Notes under the pieces: model-generated | Seen by the model: the letters and a program-made list of their open reading frames with translations, nothing else | What the model was told of the DNA's origin: nothing | Databases searched by the model: none | Position numbers and translations under genes: made by a program | Part shown: positions 36,851 through 51,100 of the stretch, piece by piece | How positions within the stretch are numbered: position 1 is the first letter of the stretch | Layout of the letters: each line of letters opens with the position of its first letter | Assembly (NCBI GenBank): GCA_964016885.1 | Contig: OZ024754.1 | Coordinates: 28,582,001 to 28,646,000 of the forward strand | Direction: 5' to 3' | Length of the DNA: 64,000 bases | Origin: Eledone cirrhosa | Lineage: Eukaryota

Positions 36851-37813
36851 GATGCAAGCATGGCTAAGTAATGAAGAAGGTTGCTTTGTAATCATGAAGC
36901 CGAATGTTTGACCCCACTGTATGACATTTTTGATATAACCTCAGATTAATCCCAGCCTTAGGATTAAAATTGGGTAAACAGGATCTGTGCAGAAGCCTGT
37001 TGGGGGGTATTTTACCTATAATTCAAAGGTCCAGCCTTGTCGCATATATTGTTACACTGATTACACTTGAAAATTACATTAAAGGTACACAAGTCTGTAA
37101 AATACTAAGCCAGTTTTATGTTAATTCACAAGCTGGATATTCGTTTGATTGAACAATTGGATGTTCATCCTTGAATCTGATAGAGAATTCTTTATTGTAG
37201 TTTGAATAATAATGAATTTGTCTTCAAAGTTTTTATCTTTCGTCCTTTTAAGGTTGATAAAAAAAAGTACCAGTTCAGTACTGGGGGTCAATTCTTCTGT
37301 ATTTCTTTCTCACTTCCACTATGTAATGCTTTCTCTTTCCTTTTCTGGAAGAAATCGACTGCATTCCAACAAGGAGAGTGAATGGGTTCTGCTAAGTTTT
37401 AAAAATGTGCAAGACATGCAGGTCCCTGTGATTCCAGCAAAAGTACAGATCCATAAACATGCAGATCAATTAACTTTTTACCTTCTCTTCTAATGCCAGC
37501 TTGAATAGAAATTGCTTTTTTATTTTCTATATAAAATTGTTATTATAAAACATCCTCGAATTCTTGTACAAGACTTGGCTTGCCTTGTTTTGCATGACTG
37601 GCAAAACAACTCTCACATCTAGTTCACTCTCCAGTGGGTCTAACTGTAAAAGAAACAGCATATTAACTATATTAAATTCAGAATAAATTATGAACTAAAT
37701 TTAAATAAACATAATTTCCACTCACTTAAAATTCATGTGTAAAGGAATGGCATTTACATTATTTTTTTTCCCTGTATTAACTAAAAGGATGATTAAATTA
37801 TATAAACCCCTAC

Positions 37814-37815
<2 letters not shown>

Positions 37816-37871
<56 letters not shown>

Positions 37872-38015
37872 TGTGTGTGCATGCACTGAAGTTAGCTTTG
37901 CCTTTCATCCTTATGGGGTCGATAAAATAAAAGTACCAGTAGCCCACTGGGGTCGATTTAATCGACTTTATCCACCCCCTAAAAATGACTGTCCTTGTGC
38001 CTAAATCAAAAACAT
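37816..38015 (+). mobile_element. (GT)n followed by 3' half of second-family SINE
   Basis: CTTTGCCTTTCATCCTTATGGGGTCGATAAAATAAAAGTACCAG...GGGGTCGATTTAATCGAC. Confidence 0.8.
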
Positions 38016-38225
38016 TATATACATATATGTCAACACCGATTAATCCTTTAAGTCTCTCATAGGGATACTTACTTGATAATGGGTTTTTAATTTGGGATTA
38101 TTAAATCTGTTATCTTAGCAATTTTTATTTTCCAGTGCATTGTATGATTTTCAAAATTATTTTGATTTGTGTTTCCTATTCAACAATGCTTTAAGCAAAC
38201 TACAACACTCTGATATATATATATA

Positions 38226-38954
38226 AAAATAAATTAACGGAGTCATAGACTCACGTTAGTCCCTGTAAATTACGAACTCAAAGGAAAAAGAGTCCTGGGC
38301 TCTTCAAATATAATTTGTAGAAAAGGTAACACATGAGAGAGAAAGAGTGTGTGTTTATCAATGTACAAGGAAACCACCAGTGTATGGAATCTCTAAACTA
38401 TGGAAGACGCATAATAATTAAAAATATAAATCAGAATGAATTTATCCACCTTTATAACTATATATCACACACATACAAACCCAAAGATTTATTTCACCAA
38501 AAGATTAGTGAATGGAATGAAACACCAAGGTTCATCAGTGTGTGGTAAGTGAATAGATTCCAGACAACTCTAAGAAAAACTTAAGATAACTGCCTTGCAA
38601 CACTTGGTAGAGAGAAGTGAATGAGTGCGAGAGACAGTAAACTAGTGGCCTGGGTGGAATGAGCGGCTAGAAATCGCAGCCGAAACCACTCAAATAAGGG
38701 TGGTCTACTAGACAGATAGAGAGAAGACTGTTATTAGGAGCAATATATCAAAATAAATTAACAGAGTCATAGACTCGCGTTAGTCCCTGTAAATTATGAG
38801 CTCAAAGGAAAAAGAGTCCTGGACTCTTCAAATGTAATATATAGAAAAGATAACACACGAGAGAGAGAGAGTGTGTTTATCAATGTACAGGGAAAACCAC
38901 CAGTGTATGGAATCTATAAACCTCCGTAGTTTATAGATTCCATACATACACTGG
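38226..38954 (-). mobile_element. Direct-repeat (pLTR/retrozyme-like) element: two ~172-bp repeats 524 bp apart, each with a degenerate hammerhead, plus a terminal hairpin
   Basis: 38226-38399 resembles 38750-38921. The minus strand reads TTGAAGA-GTCC...GGAC-TAAC-GCGA-GTC. The hairpin spans 38900-38954. Confidence 0.6.
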
Positions 38955-38956
38955 TC

Positions 38957-39542
38957 ACATGATGCTCATGAAAGACGACAGCTGTATAAAAAAGTGTAGG
39001 GCAATAAAAATAGACGGTAGCCACGGAGTAGGCAGACCCAGAAAAACCTGGGACGACTTGATAAATTCCGACCTCACACACTTACACCTCTCCAAGACAA
39101 TGTCACTGGACCGAGATCTTTGGTGCTACACAGTAATAGAGAAGACCCGCCTTACCTAAGTACAAAGTGAAACCTACTACAGTCAGTAGGCACCTCTAAC
39201 AAAATACACCACCATCCCACTACCCACACCCCATCCACACCACCCCTTTCAATGTAAAGTTATGTTGGTGTCACAACATCCAGCCCGAAACAAATGAGGT
39301 CGTGTAGGTGTCATGACAAAAAAACACACAGTCCACGCTGTAACGTGGCCGTGTAGGTAACACGGTAAAAACCTCCCAGTTCCACACTGTAAATGTGGTT
39401 GGTGTTAGGAAGGGCATCCAGCCGTAGAAAATCCGTCAGACAGTCCTATGCGAGCAAGACAACCACTCTTGCCTCAAGTGGGAAAACTCCTGTCCAAACC
39501 CGTGCAAGCGTGGAATATGGACGTTAAACGATGATGATGATG
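38957..39542 (+). mobile_element. 3' end of RTE family C
   Basis: [30 protein letters not shown]...EKTRLT* and a 3' UTR matching the reverse complement of 12180-12778, with a (TGA)n tail. Confidence 0.93.
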
Positions 39543-40383
39543 AGAGAGGAGTTAAGCAATTACATCAGATATTTTTTACATAGATGTTGAAGTTGGTGAG
39601 AATTGACAAAATATTGACCTCAAATATAAGTCACCCCTCCCCATTTGACCAATTAATTATTCTTTTTTCCATCACACATTTCCCAGGTTATGCATGAGTT
39701 TAAATCCTGCTAGATTCTTAATTAATTCAGATGCAGTGTATTTTATCAGAAATAGAGTAATGTTGGAGGTTAATGATAAAAGAAAAGTAAAAAATAAAAA
39801 AAAATGCCATAGCAATACTAGCCGGATTATTGCTGTTGGAATTATTTGACAACCTAGATGTTGTAGAAGATTATGTGAAAACCTCATGAGAATTCAGTTT
39901 ATTTTTAAGCTTCAATCCAAATTGGAATAGAAATATTGCTGGGAAAATATTTCCAAAGACTGAAAGATATGTTTTAATCCTTTTGATACCAAACCAACTG
40001 AAATTAATCACTCTACGCTCTACAACATGAAACTTTGTTTTAATATAATAATAATAATAATGACAATTATTATTATTGTTCAGGTGTATTAAACTCATCA
40101 AAGGTACATGTATAGTACATAGAATACTGTACAAATATCAGGAAAGTGAACAGTGTATGAGTCATGATATACACACAGATACATGGATGTGTGTATGCGG
40201 CGGGGGGTAATATCAGGTTTAGTGTTGGCGAATTTCAGGAAGAAAGGAGATTTTTAAGGATGCGGTGTCTTAACAACTATATATTTATCATAAGTTTATG
40301 CAGGAGTTCGGCTTAATATTTATAAAAGTAGTTATTTTTGTAAATCTTGTAAAATTCATAATTATTTTCAAAATTAAATTAAA

Positions 40384-40598
40384 AGAATCGCTGGACAGAT
40401 TTTATGGGCAAAACCAACTGGCAGGAGACCTAAGGGTAGACTCTGAGCAAGATGGTTGGATAACATCCATGAGCTTGGCTGGTCTCACTTGGGGATCCAG
40501 CCAGGTTAGTTGGAGATGGTTGTTTCTGGCAGGACCTGTTTGAGGATTCTGTCCTCACGACCCTCTCAGTAATAAGTCGGGAAAGAAAGAAGAAGAAA
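40384..40598 (+). mobile_element. 3' fragment of the (GAA)n-tailed RTE-like LINE
   Basis: Highly similar to 36630-36850. Confidence 0.85.
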
Positions 40599-40599
40599 T

Positions 40600-41220
40600 T
40601 GAAAAAAATCTTCAACAGTGTCTTTTACTAGAAATATAGTAATGAAAGGATTAATGATATCAAAGCTACTCCTTTATCTCAATCTACTAGTTACTGGGAG
40701 TATGTAACAGAGTATTGGGATATTAATGTCAATCTGGAGGAGAATTTAAAATAAACAACCTCTTTTAACTCTCTTTTGAGAGAGTCACTTTTTAGTTGGC
40801 ATTTGGAACACAGCTTAAAGTTTCTTATGATACGATTATAATGTATGAATTTTAGATATATATTAACACTTTAACTCTTTTGTTACCATATTTGTAATGA
40901 AAATCACTGTCTATGATTTTCAAATTACTTTGAAAATAATCAAGAATTTTGAGTGTTTTAATAATACAATTAACTTTCTAATTATTTATATGAGAACTAT
41001 TAATTTATTTTCCAAATACCAACTTAATAAGAAGAAAGTTATTTCATTGATTTAAAAAAAAAATGAAAATCCTAGGCAATGTCTTTTTTGTAACATAACA
41101 AAGGTTCATACATAAACATTTAATGGGAGGGTATTAAATAGATATAAATACTTAAAAAAAACAGCTTTGTATCAAAGAAGCAGGGGCAGTTTCGTGTAAT
41201 TTGGTCTCAAAAGTGTGATA
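40600..41220. mobile_element. Nested or decayed fragments of the TTAA MITE-like family in both orientations
   Basis: TAGAAATATAGTAATGAAAGGATTAA; TTAACTCTTTTGTTACCATATTT...; ACAAAGGTTCATACATAAAC... Confidence 0.5.
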
Positions 41221-41460
41221 AAATAGAAAATACAGTAAAATGAAGCTAAGCTGCAGTTTTAAGATCCCTGTGAGTGCTCTGGATACATGCATCCATGCAA
41301 TCTTTGTTCCTTACCTCTTTCTGATAGCAAACTTATCTAAACCTCCTCTGCTTCAGTTGTACTTGTTTTAAAGTGATGATAATATTTATCTAAAAATATT
41401 CCTAATTTTCTGTAAGAACTTTTATGTTTCTCTTATCTATCTTTCAGCAATTTGTTCTTC

Positions 41461-41892
41461 CACACAACCACCCATTCCCCCACGCAACCACCCATTCCCC
41501 CACGCAACCACCCATTCCCCCACGCAACCACCCATTCCCCCACGCAACCACCCATTCCCCCACGCAACCACCCATTCCCCCACGCAACCACCCATTATTC
41601 CACGCAACCACCCATTCCCCCACACAACTACCCATTCCCCCACACAACTACCCATTCCCCCACACAGCCACCCATTCCCCCACGCAACCACCCATTCCCC
41701 CACGCAGCCACCCATTCCCCCACGCAGCCACCCATTCCCCCACGCAGCCACCCATTCCCCCACGCAGCCACCCATTCCCCCACGCAGCCACCCATTCCCC
41801 CACGCAACCACCCATTCCCCCACACAACCACCCATTCCCCCACACAACCACCCATTCCCCCACACAACCACCCATTCCCCCACACAACCACC
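41461..41892. repeat. 20-bp minisatellite (CACGCAACCACCCATTCCCC) x ~21.5
   Basis: Exact 20-bp period with clustered variants. Confidence 0.98.
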
Positions 41893-42106
41893 ATACTGAC
41901 ATCCCATAATTCATTCATCCAATTATTCATATCTATTGCAATCCTTACTATTAGTCTCATCAATATATGACATCTATGAATCATAACTACCACAGCTGTT
42001 ATTATGTTTGTTTGTTATAAATAGATCCATAGGGAATCCATTAGCAAGTATTTCTGGTCATCTTTTATTTTTCCTTATAAGATCACATAGAATAGCCTCA
42101 ACATAT

Positions 42107-45100
42107 ACCACCATACACTAACACCCTGAACAGTAACTCCCCCACTACTACCACCACCATACACTAACACCCTGAACAGTAACTCCCCCACTACTACCAC
42201 CACCATACACTAACACCCTGAACAGTAACTCCCCCACTACTACCACCACCATACACTAACACCCTGAACAGTAACTCCACCACTACTACCAACACCATAC
42301 ACTAACACCCTGAACAGTAACTCCACCACTACTACCAACACCATACACTAACACCCTGAACACTAACACCACCACTACTACCACCACCATACAATAACAC
42401 CCTGAACAGTAACTCCCCCACTACTACCAACACCATACACTAACACCCTGAACAGTAACTCCACCACTACTACCACCACCATACACTAACACCCTGAACA
42501 GTAACTCCCCCACTACTACCAACACCATACAATAACACCCTGAACAGTAACTCCACCACTACTACCAACACCATACAATAACACCCTGAACAGTAACTCC
42601 ACCACTACTACCAACACCATACACTAACACCCTGAACAGTAACTCCACCACTACTACCACCACCATACACTAACACCCTGAACAGTAACTCCCCCACTAC
42701 TACCAACACCATACAATAACACCCTGAACAGTAACTCCACCACTACTACCACCACCATACACTAACACCCTGAACAGTAACTCCACCACTACTACCAACA
42801 CCATACAATAACATCCTGAACACTAACACCACCACTACTACCACCACCATACAATAACACCCTGAACAGTAACTCCCCCACTACTACCACCACCATACAC
42901 TAACACCCTGAACAGTAACTCCCCCACTACTACCACCACCATACACTAACACCCTGAACAGTAACTCCACCACTACTACCACCACCATACACTAACACCC
43001 TGAACAGTAACTCCCCCACTACTACCAACACCATACAATAACACCCTGAACAGTAACTCCACCACTACTACCACCACCATACACTAACACCCTGAACAGT
43101 AACTCCACCACTACTACCAACACCATACAATAACATCCTGAACACTAACACCACCACTACTACCACCACCATACAATAACACCCTGAACAGTAACTCCCC
43201 CACTACTACCACCACCATACACTAACACCCTGAACAGTAACTCCACCACTACTACCAACACCATACAATAACATCCTGAACACTAACACCACCACTACTA
43301 CCACCACCATACAATAACACCCTGAACAGTAACTCCACCACTACTACCACCACCATACACTAACACTCTGAACAGTAACTCCACCACTACTACCACCACC
43401 ATACAATAACACCCTGAACAGTAACTCCACCACTACTACCACCACCATACAATAACACCCTGAACAGTAACTCCACCTTTACTACCACCACCATACACTA
43501 ACACCCTGAACAGTAACTCCACCACTACTACCACCACCATACAATAACACCCTGAACAGTAACTCCACCACTACTACCAACACCATACAATAACACCCTG
43601 AACAGTAACTCCACCACTACTACCACCACCATACACTAACACCCTGAACAGTAACTCCACCACTACTACCAACACCATACAATAACATCCTGAACAGTAA
43701 CTCCACCACTACTACCACCACCATACACTAACACCCTGAACAGTAACTCCACCACAACTACCACCACCATACACTAACACCCTGAACAGTAACTCCACCA
43801 CTACTACCACCACCATACACTAACACCCTGAACAGTAACTCCACCACTACTACCAACACCATACAATAACATCCTGAACAGTAACTCCACCACTACTACC
43901 ACCACCATACACTAACACCCTGAACAGTAACTCCACCACTACTACCAACACCATACAATAATATCCTGAACAGTAACTCCACCACTACTACCAACACCAT
44001 ACCTTAACACCCTGAACAGTATCTCCACCACTACTACCAACACCATACAATAACATCCTGAACAGTAACTCCACCACCATACACTAACACCCTGAACAGT
44101 AACTCCACCACTACTACCACCACCATACACTAACACCCTGAACAGTAACTCCACCACTACTACCACCACCATACACTAACACCCTGAACAGTAACTCCAC
44201 CACTACTACCAACACCATACAATAACATCCTGAACAGTAACTCCACCACTACTACCACCACCATACACTAACACCCTGAACAGTAACTCCACCACTACTA
44301 CCAACACCATACAATAATATCCTGAACAGTAACTCCACCACTACTACCAACACCATACCTTAACACCCTGAACAGTATCTCCACCACTACTACCAACACC
44401 ATACAATAACATCCTGAACAGTAACTCCACCACCATACACTAACACCCTGAACAGTAACTCCACCACTACTACCACCACCATACACTAACACCCTGAACA
44501 GTAACTCCACCACTACTACCACCACCATACACTAACACCCTGAACAGCAACTCCACCACTACTACCAACACCATACAATAACACCCTGAACAGTAACTCC
44601 ACCACTACTACCAACACCATACACTAACACCCTGAACACTAACTCCACCACTACTACCACCACCATACAATAACACCCTGAACACTAACTCCACCACTAC
44701 TACCACCACCATACAATAACACCCTGAACAGTAACACCACCACTACTACCAACACCATACAATAACATCCTGAACAGTAACTCCACCACTACTACCAACA
44801 CCATACAATAACATCCTGAACAGTAACTCCACCACTACTACCAGCACCATACACTAACACCCTGAACAGCAACTCCACCACTACTACCAACACCATACAA
44901 TAACACCCTGAACAGTAACTCCACCACTACTACCAACACCATACACTAACACCCTGAACACTAACTCCACCACTACTACCACCACCATACAATAACACCC
45001 TGAATACTAACTCCACCACTACTACCACCACCATACAATAACACCCTGAACAGTAACTCCACCACTACTACCAACACCATACAATAACATCCTGAACAGT

Positions 45101-48100
45101 AACTCCACCACTACTACCACCTCCATACACTAACACCCTGAACAGTAACTCCACCACTACTACCACCACCATACAAAAACACCCTGAACACTAACTCCAC
45201 CACTACTACCACCACCATACAATAACACCCTGAACAGTAACTCCACCACTACTACCAACACCATACAATAACACCCTGAACAGTAGCTCCACCACTTACA
45301 CCACCACCATACAATAACATCCTGAACAGTAACTCCACCACTACTACCAACACCATACACTAACACCCTGAACACTAACTCCACCACTACTACCACCACC
45401 ATACAATAACATCCTGAACACTAACACCACCACTACTACCAACACCATACAATAACACCCTGAACAGTAACTCCACCACTTCTACCAACACCATACAATA
45501 ACATCCTGAACACTAACTCCACCACTAATACCACCACCATACAATAACACCCTGAACAGTAACTCCACCACTACTACAACCACCATACACTAACACCCTG
45601 AACAGTAACTCCACCACTACTACCAACACCATACAATAACACCCTGAACAGTAACTCCACCACTTCTACCAACACCATACAATAACATCCTGAACACTAA
45701 CTCCACCACTAATACCACCACCATACAATAACACCCTGAACAGTAACTCCACCACTACTACAACCACCATACACTAACACCCTGAACAGTAACTCCACCA
45801 CTACTACCAACACCATACAATAACATCCTGAACAGTAACTCCACCACTACTACCACCACCATACAATAACACCCTGAACAGTAACTCCACCACTTCTACC
45901 ACCACCATACAATAACACCCTGAACAGTAACTCCACCACTACTACCAACACCATACAATAACACCCTGAACACTAACTCCACCACTAATACCACCACCAT
46001 ACAATAACACCCTGAACACTAACTCCACCACTACTACCAACACCATACAATAACACCCTGAACAGTAACTCCACCACTACTACCAACACCATACAATAAC
46101 ATCCTGAACAGTAACTCCACCACTACAACCAACACCATACAATAACATCCTGAACAGTAACTCCACCACTAATACCACCACCATACAATAACACCCTGAA
46201 CAGTAACTCCACCACTACTACCAACACCATACAATAACGCCCTGAACAGTAACTCCACCACTACTACCAACACCATACAATAACATCCTGAACAGTAACT
46301 CCACCACTACTACCACCACCATACAATAACACCCTGAACAGTAACTCCACCACTACTACCACCACCATACACTAACACTCTGAACAGTAACTCCACCACT
46401 ACTACCACCACCATACAATAACACCCTGAACAGTAACTCCACCACTACTACCACCACCATACAATAACACCCTGAACAGTAACTCCACCACTAATACCAC
46501 CACCATACAATAACATCCTGAACAGTAACTCCACCACTACTACAACCACCATACACTAACACCCTGAACAGTAACTCCACCTCTACTACCAACACCATAC
46601 AATAACATCCTGAACAGTAACTCCACCACTACTACCATCACCATACAATAACATCCTGAACAGTAACTCCACCACTACTACCAACACCATACAATAACAC
46701 CCTGAACACTAACTCCACCACTAATACCACCACCATACAATAACACCCTGAACACTAACTCCACCACTACTACCAACACCATACAATAACACCCTGAACA
46801 GTAACTCCACCACTACTACCACCACCATACAATAACATCCTGAACAGTAACTCCACCACTACTACCACCACCATACAATAACACCCTGAACAGTAACTCC
46901 ACCACCACTACCACCACCATACAATAACACCCTGAACAGTAACTCCACCACTACTACCACCTCCATACACTAACACCCTGAACAGTAACTCCACCACTAC
47001 TACCACCACCATACAATAACACCCTGAACACTAACTCCACCACTACTACCACCACCATACAATAACACCCTGAACAGTAACTCCACCACTACTACCAACA
47101 CCATACAATAACACCCTGAACAGTAACTCCACCACTTACACCACCACCATACAATAACATCCTGAACAGTAACTCCACCACTACTACCAACACCATACAA
47201 TAACATCCTGAACACTAACACCACCACTACTACCACCACCATACAATAACACCCTGAACAGTAACTCCACCACTACTACCACCACCATACAATAACACCC
47301 TGAACAGTAACTCCACCACTACTACCAACACCATACAATAACATCCTGAACAGTAACTCCACCACTACTACCACCACCATACAATAACACCCTGAACAGT
47401 AACTCCACCACTACTACCAACACCATACAATAACACCCTGAACAGTAGCTCCACCACTACTACCACCACCATACAATAACATCCTGAACAGTAACTCCAC
47501 CACTACTACCAACACCATACACTAACACCCTGAACACTAACTCCACCACTACTACCACCACCATACAATAACATCCTGAACACTAACACCACCACTACTA
47601 CCAACACCATACACTAACACCCTGAACAGTAACTCCACCACTACTACCAACACCATACAATAACACCCTGAACAGTAACTCCACCACTTCTACCAACACC
47701 ATACAATAACATCCTGAACACTAACTCCACCACTAATACCACCACCATACAATAACACCCTGAACAGTAACTCCACCACAACTACAACCACCATACACTA
47801 ACACCCTGAACAGTAACTCCACCACTACTACCAACACCATACAATAACACCCTGAACAGTAACTCCACCACTTCTACCAACACCATACAATAACATCCTG
47901 AACACTAACTCCACCACTAATACCACCACCATACAATAACACCCTGAACAGTAACTCCACCACTACTACAACCACCATACACTAACACCCTGAACAGTAA
48001 CTCCACCGCTACTACCAACACCATACAATAACATCCTGAACAGTAACTCCACCACTACTACCACCACCATACAATAACACCCTGAACAGTAACTCCACCA

Positions 48101-51100
48101 CTACTACCACCACCATACACTAACACTCTGAACAGTAACTCCACCACTACTACCACCACCATACAATAACACCCTGAACAGTAACTCCACCACTACTACC
48201 ACCACCATACAATAACACCCTGAACAGTAACTCCACCACTAATACCACCACCATACAATAACATCCTGAACAGTAACTCCACCACTACTACAACCACCAT
48301 ACACTAACACCCTGAACAGTAACTCCACCACTACTACCAACACCATACAATAACATCCTGAACAGTAACTCCACCACTACTACCAACACCATACACTAAC
48401 ACCCTGAACACTAACTCCACCACTACTACCACCACCATACAATAACATCCTGAACACTAACACCACCACTACTACCAACACCATACAATAACACCCTGAA
48501 CAGTAACTCCACCACTTCTACCAACACCATACAATAACATCCTGAACACTAACTCCACCACTAATACCACCACCATACAATAACACCCTGAACAGTAACT
48601 CCACCACTACTACAACCACCATACACTAACACCCTGAACAGTAACTCCACCACTACTACCAACACCATACAATAACACCCTGAACAGTAACTCCACCACT
48701 TCTACCAACACCATACAATAACATCCTGAACACTAACTCCACCACTAATACCACCACCATACAATAACACCCTGAACAGTAACTCCACCACTACTACAAC
48801 CACCATACACTAACACCCTGAACAGTAACTCCACCACTACTACCAACACCATACAATAACATCCTGAACAGTAACTCCACCACTACTACCACCACCATAC
48901 AATAACACCCTGAACAGTAACTCCACCACTTCTACCACCACCATACAATAACACCCTGAACAGTAACTCCACCACTACTACCAACACCATACAATAACAC
49001 CCTGAACACTAACTCCACCACTAATACCACCACCATACAATAACACCCTGAACACTAACTCCACCACTACTACCAACACCATACAATAACACCCTGAACA
49101 GTAACTCCACCACTACTACCAACACCATACAATAACATCCTGAACAGTAACTCCACCACTACAACCAACACCATACAATAACATCCTGAACAGTAACTCC
49201 ACCACTAATACCACCACCATACAATAACACCCTGAACAGTAACTCCACCACTACTACCAACACCATACAATAACGCCCTGAACAGTAACTCCACCACTAC
49301 TACCAACACCATACAATAACATCCTGAACAGTAACTCCACCACTACTACCACCACCATACAATAACACCCTGAACAGTAACTCCACCACTACTACCACCA
49401 CCATACACTAACACTCTGAACAGTAACTCCACCACTACTACCACCACCATACAATAACACCCTGAACAGTAACTCCACCACTACTACCACCACCATACAA
49501 TAACACCCTGAACAGTAACTCCACCACTAATACCACCACCATACAATAACATCCTGAACAGTAACTCCACCACTACTACAACCACCATACACTAACACCC
49601 TGAACAGTAACTCCACCTCTACTACCAACACCATACAATAACATCCTGAACAGTAACTCCACCACTACTACCACCACCATACAATAACATCCTGAACAGT
49701 AACTCCACCACTACTACCAACACCATACAATAACACCCTGAACACTAACTCCACCACTAATACCACCACCATACAATAACACCCTGAACACTAACTCCAC
49801 CACTACTACCAACACCATACAATAACACCCTGAACAGTAACTCCACCACTACTACCACCACCATACAATAACATCCTGAACAGTAACTCCACCACTACTA
49901 CCACCACCATACAATAACACCCTGAACAGTAACTCCACCACCACTACCACCACCATACAATAACACCCTGAACAGTAACTCCACCACTACTACCACCTCC
50001 ATACACTAACACCCTGAACAGTAACTCCACCACTACTACCACCACCATACAATAACACCCTGAACACTAACTCCACCACTACTACCACCACCATACAATA
50101 ACACCCTGAACAGTAACTCCACCACTACTACCAACACCATACAATAACACCCTGAACAGTAACTCCACCACTTACACCACCACCATACAATAACATCCTG
50201 AACAGTAACTCCACCACTACTACCAACACCATACAATAACATCCTGAACACTAACACCACCACTACTACCACCACCATACAATAACACCCTGAACAGTAA
50301 CTCCACCACTACTACCACCACCATACAATAACACCCTGAACAGTAACTCCACCACTACTACCAACACCATACAATAACATCCTGAACAGTAACTCCACCA
50401 CTACTACCACCACCATACAATAACACCCTGAACAGTAACTCCACCACTACTACCAACACCATACAATAACACCCTGAACAGTAGCTCCACCACTACTACC
50501 ACCACCATACAATAACATCCTGAACAGTAACTCCACCACTACTACCAACACCATACACTAACACCCTGAACACTAACTCCACCACTACTACCACCACCAT
50601 ACAATAACATCCTGAACACTAACACCACCACTACTACCAACACCATACACTAACACCCTGAACAGTAACTCCACCACTACTACCAACACCATACAATAAC
50701 ACCCTGAACAGTAACTCCACCACTTCTACCAACACCATACAATAACATCCTGAACACTAACTCCACCACTAATACCACCACCATACAATAACACCCTGAA
50801 CAGTAACTCCACCACAACTACAACCACCATACACTAACACCCTGAACAGTAACTCCACCACTACTACCAACACCATACAATAACACCCTGAACAGTAACT
50901 CCACCACTTCTACCAACACCATACAATAACATCCTGAACACTAACTCCACCACTAATACCACCACCATACAATAACACCCTGAACAGTAACTCCACCACT
51001 ACTACAACCACCATACACTAACACCCTGAACAGTAACTCCACCGCTACTACCAACACCATACAATAACATCCTGAACAGTAACTCCACCACTACTACCAC

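Noticed and set aside
37340-37490. Candidate exon after a pyrimidine tract
   Set aside because: No recognisable protein similarity or convincing donor site, and the upstream part of the ORF is a SINE fragment.
41424-41993. Pro/His/Thr-rich or Gly/Trp-rich ORFs
   Set aside because: A 20-bp period is not a multiple of 3 and all frames are open, so this is a minisatellite artefact.
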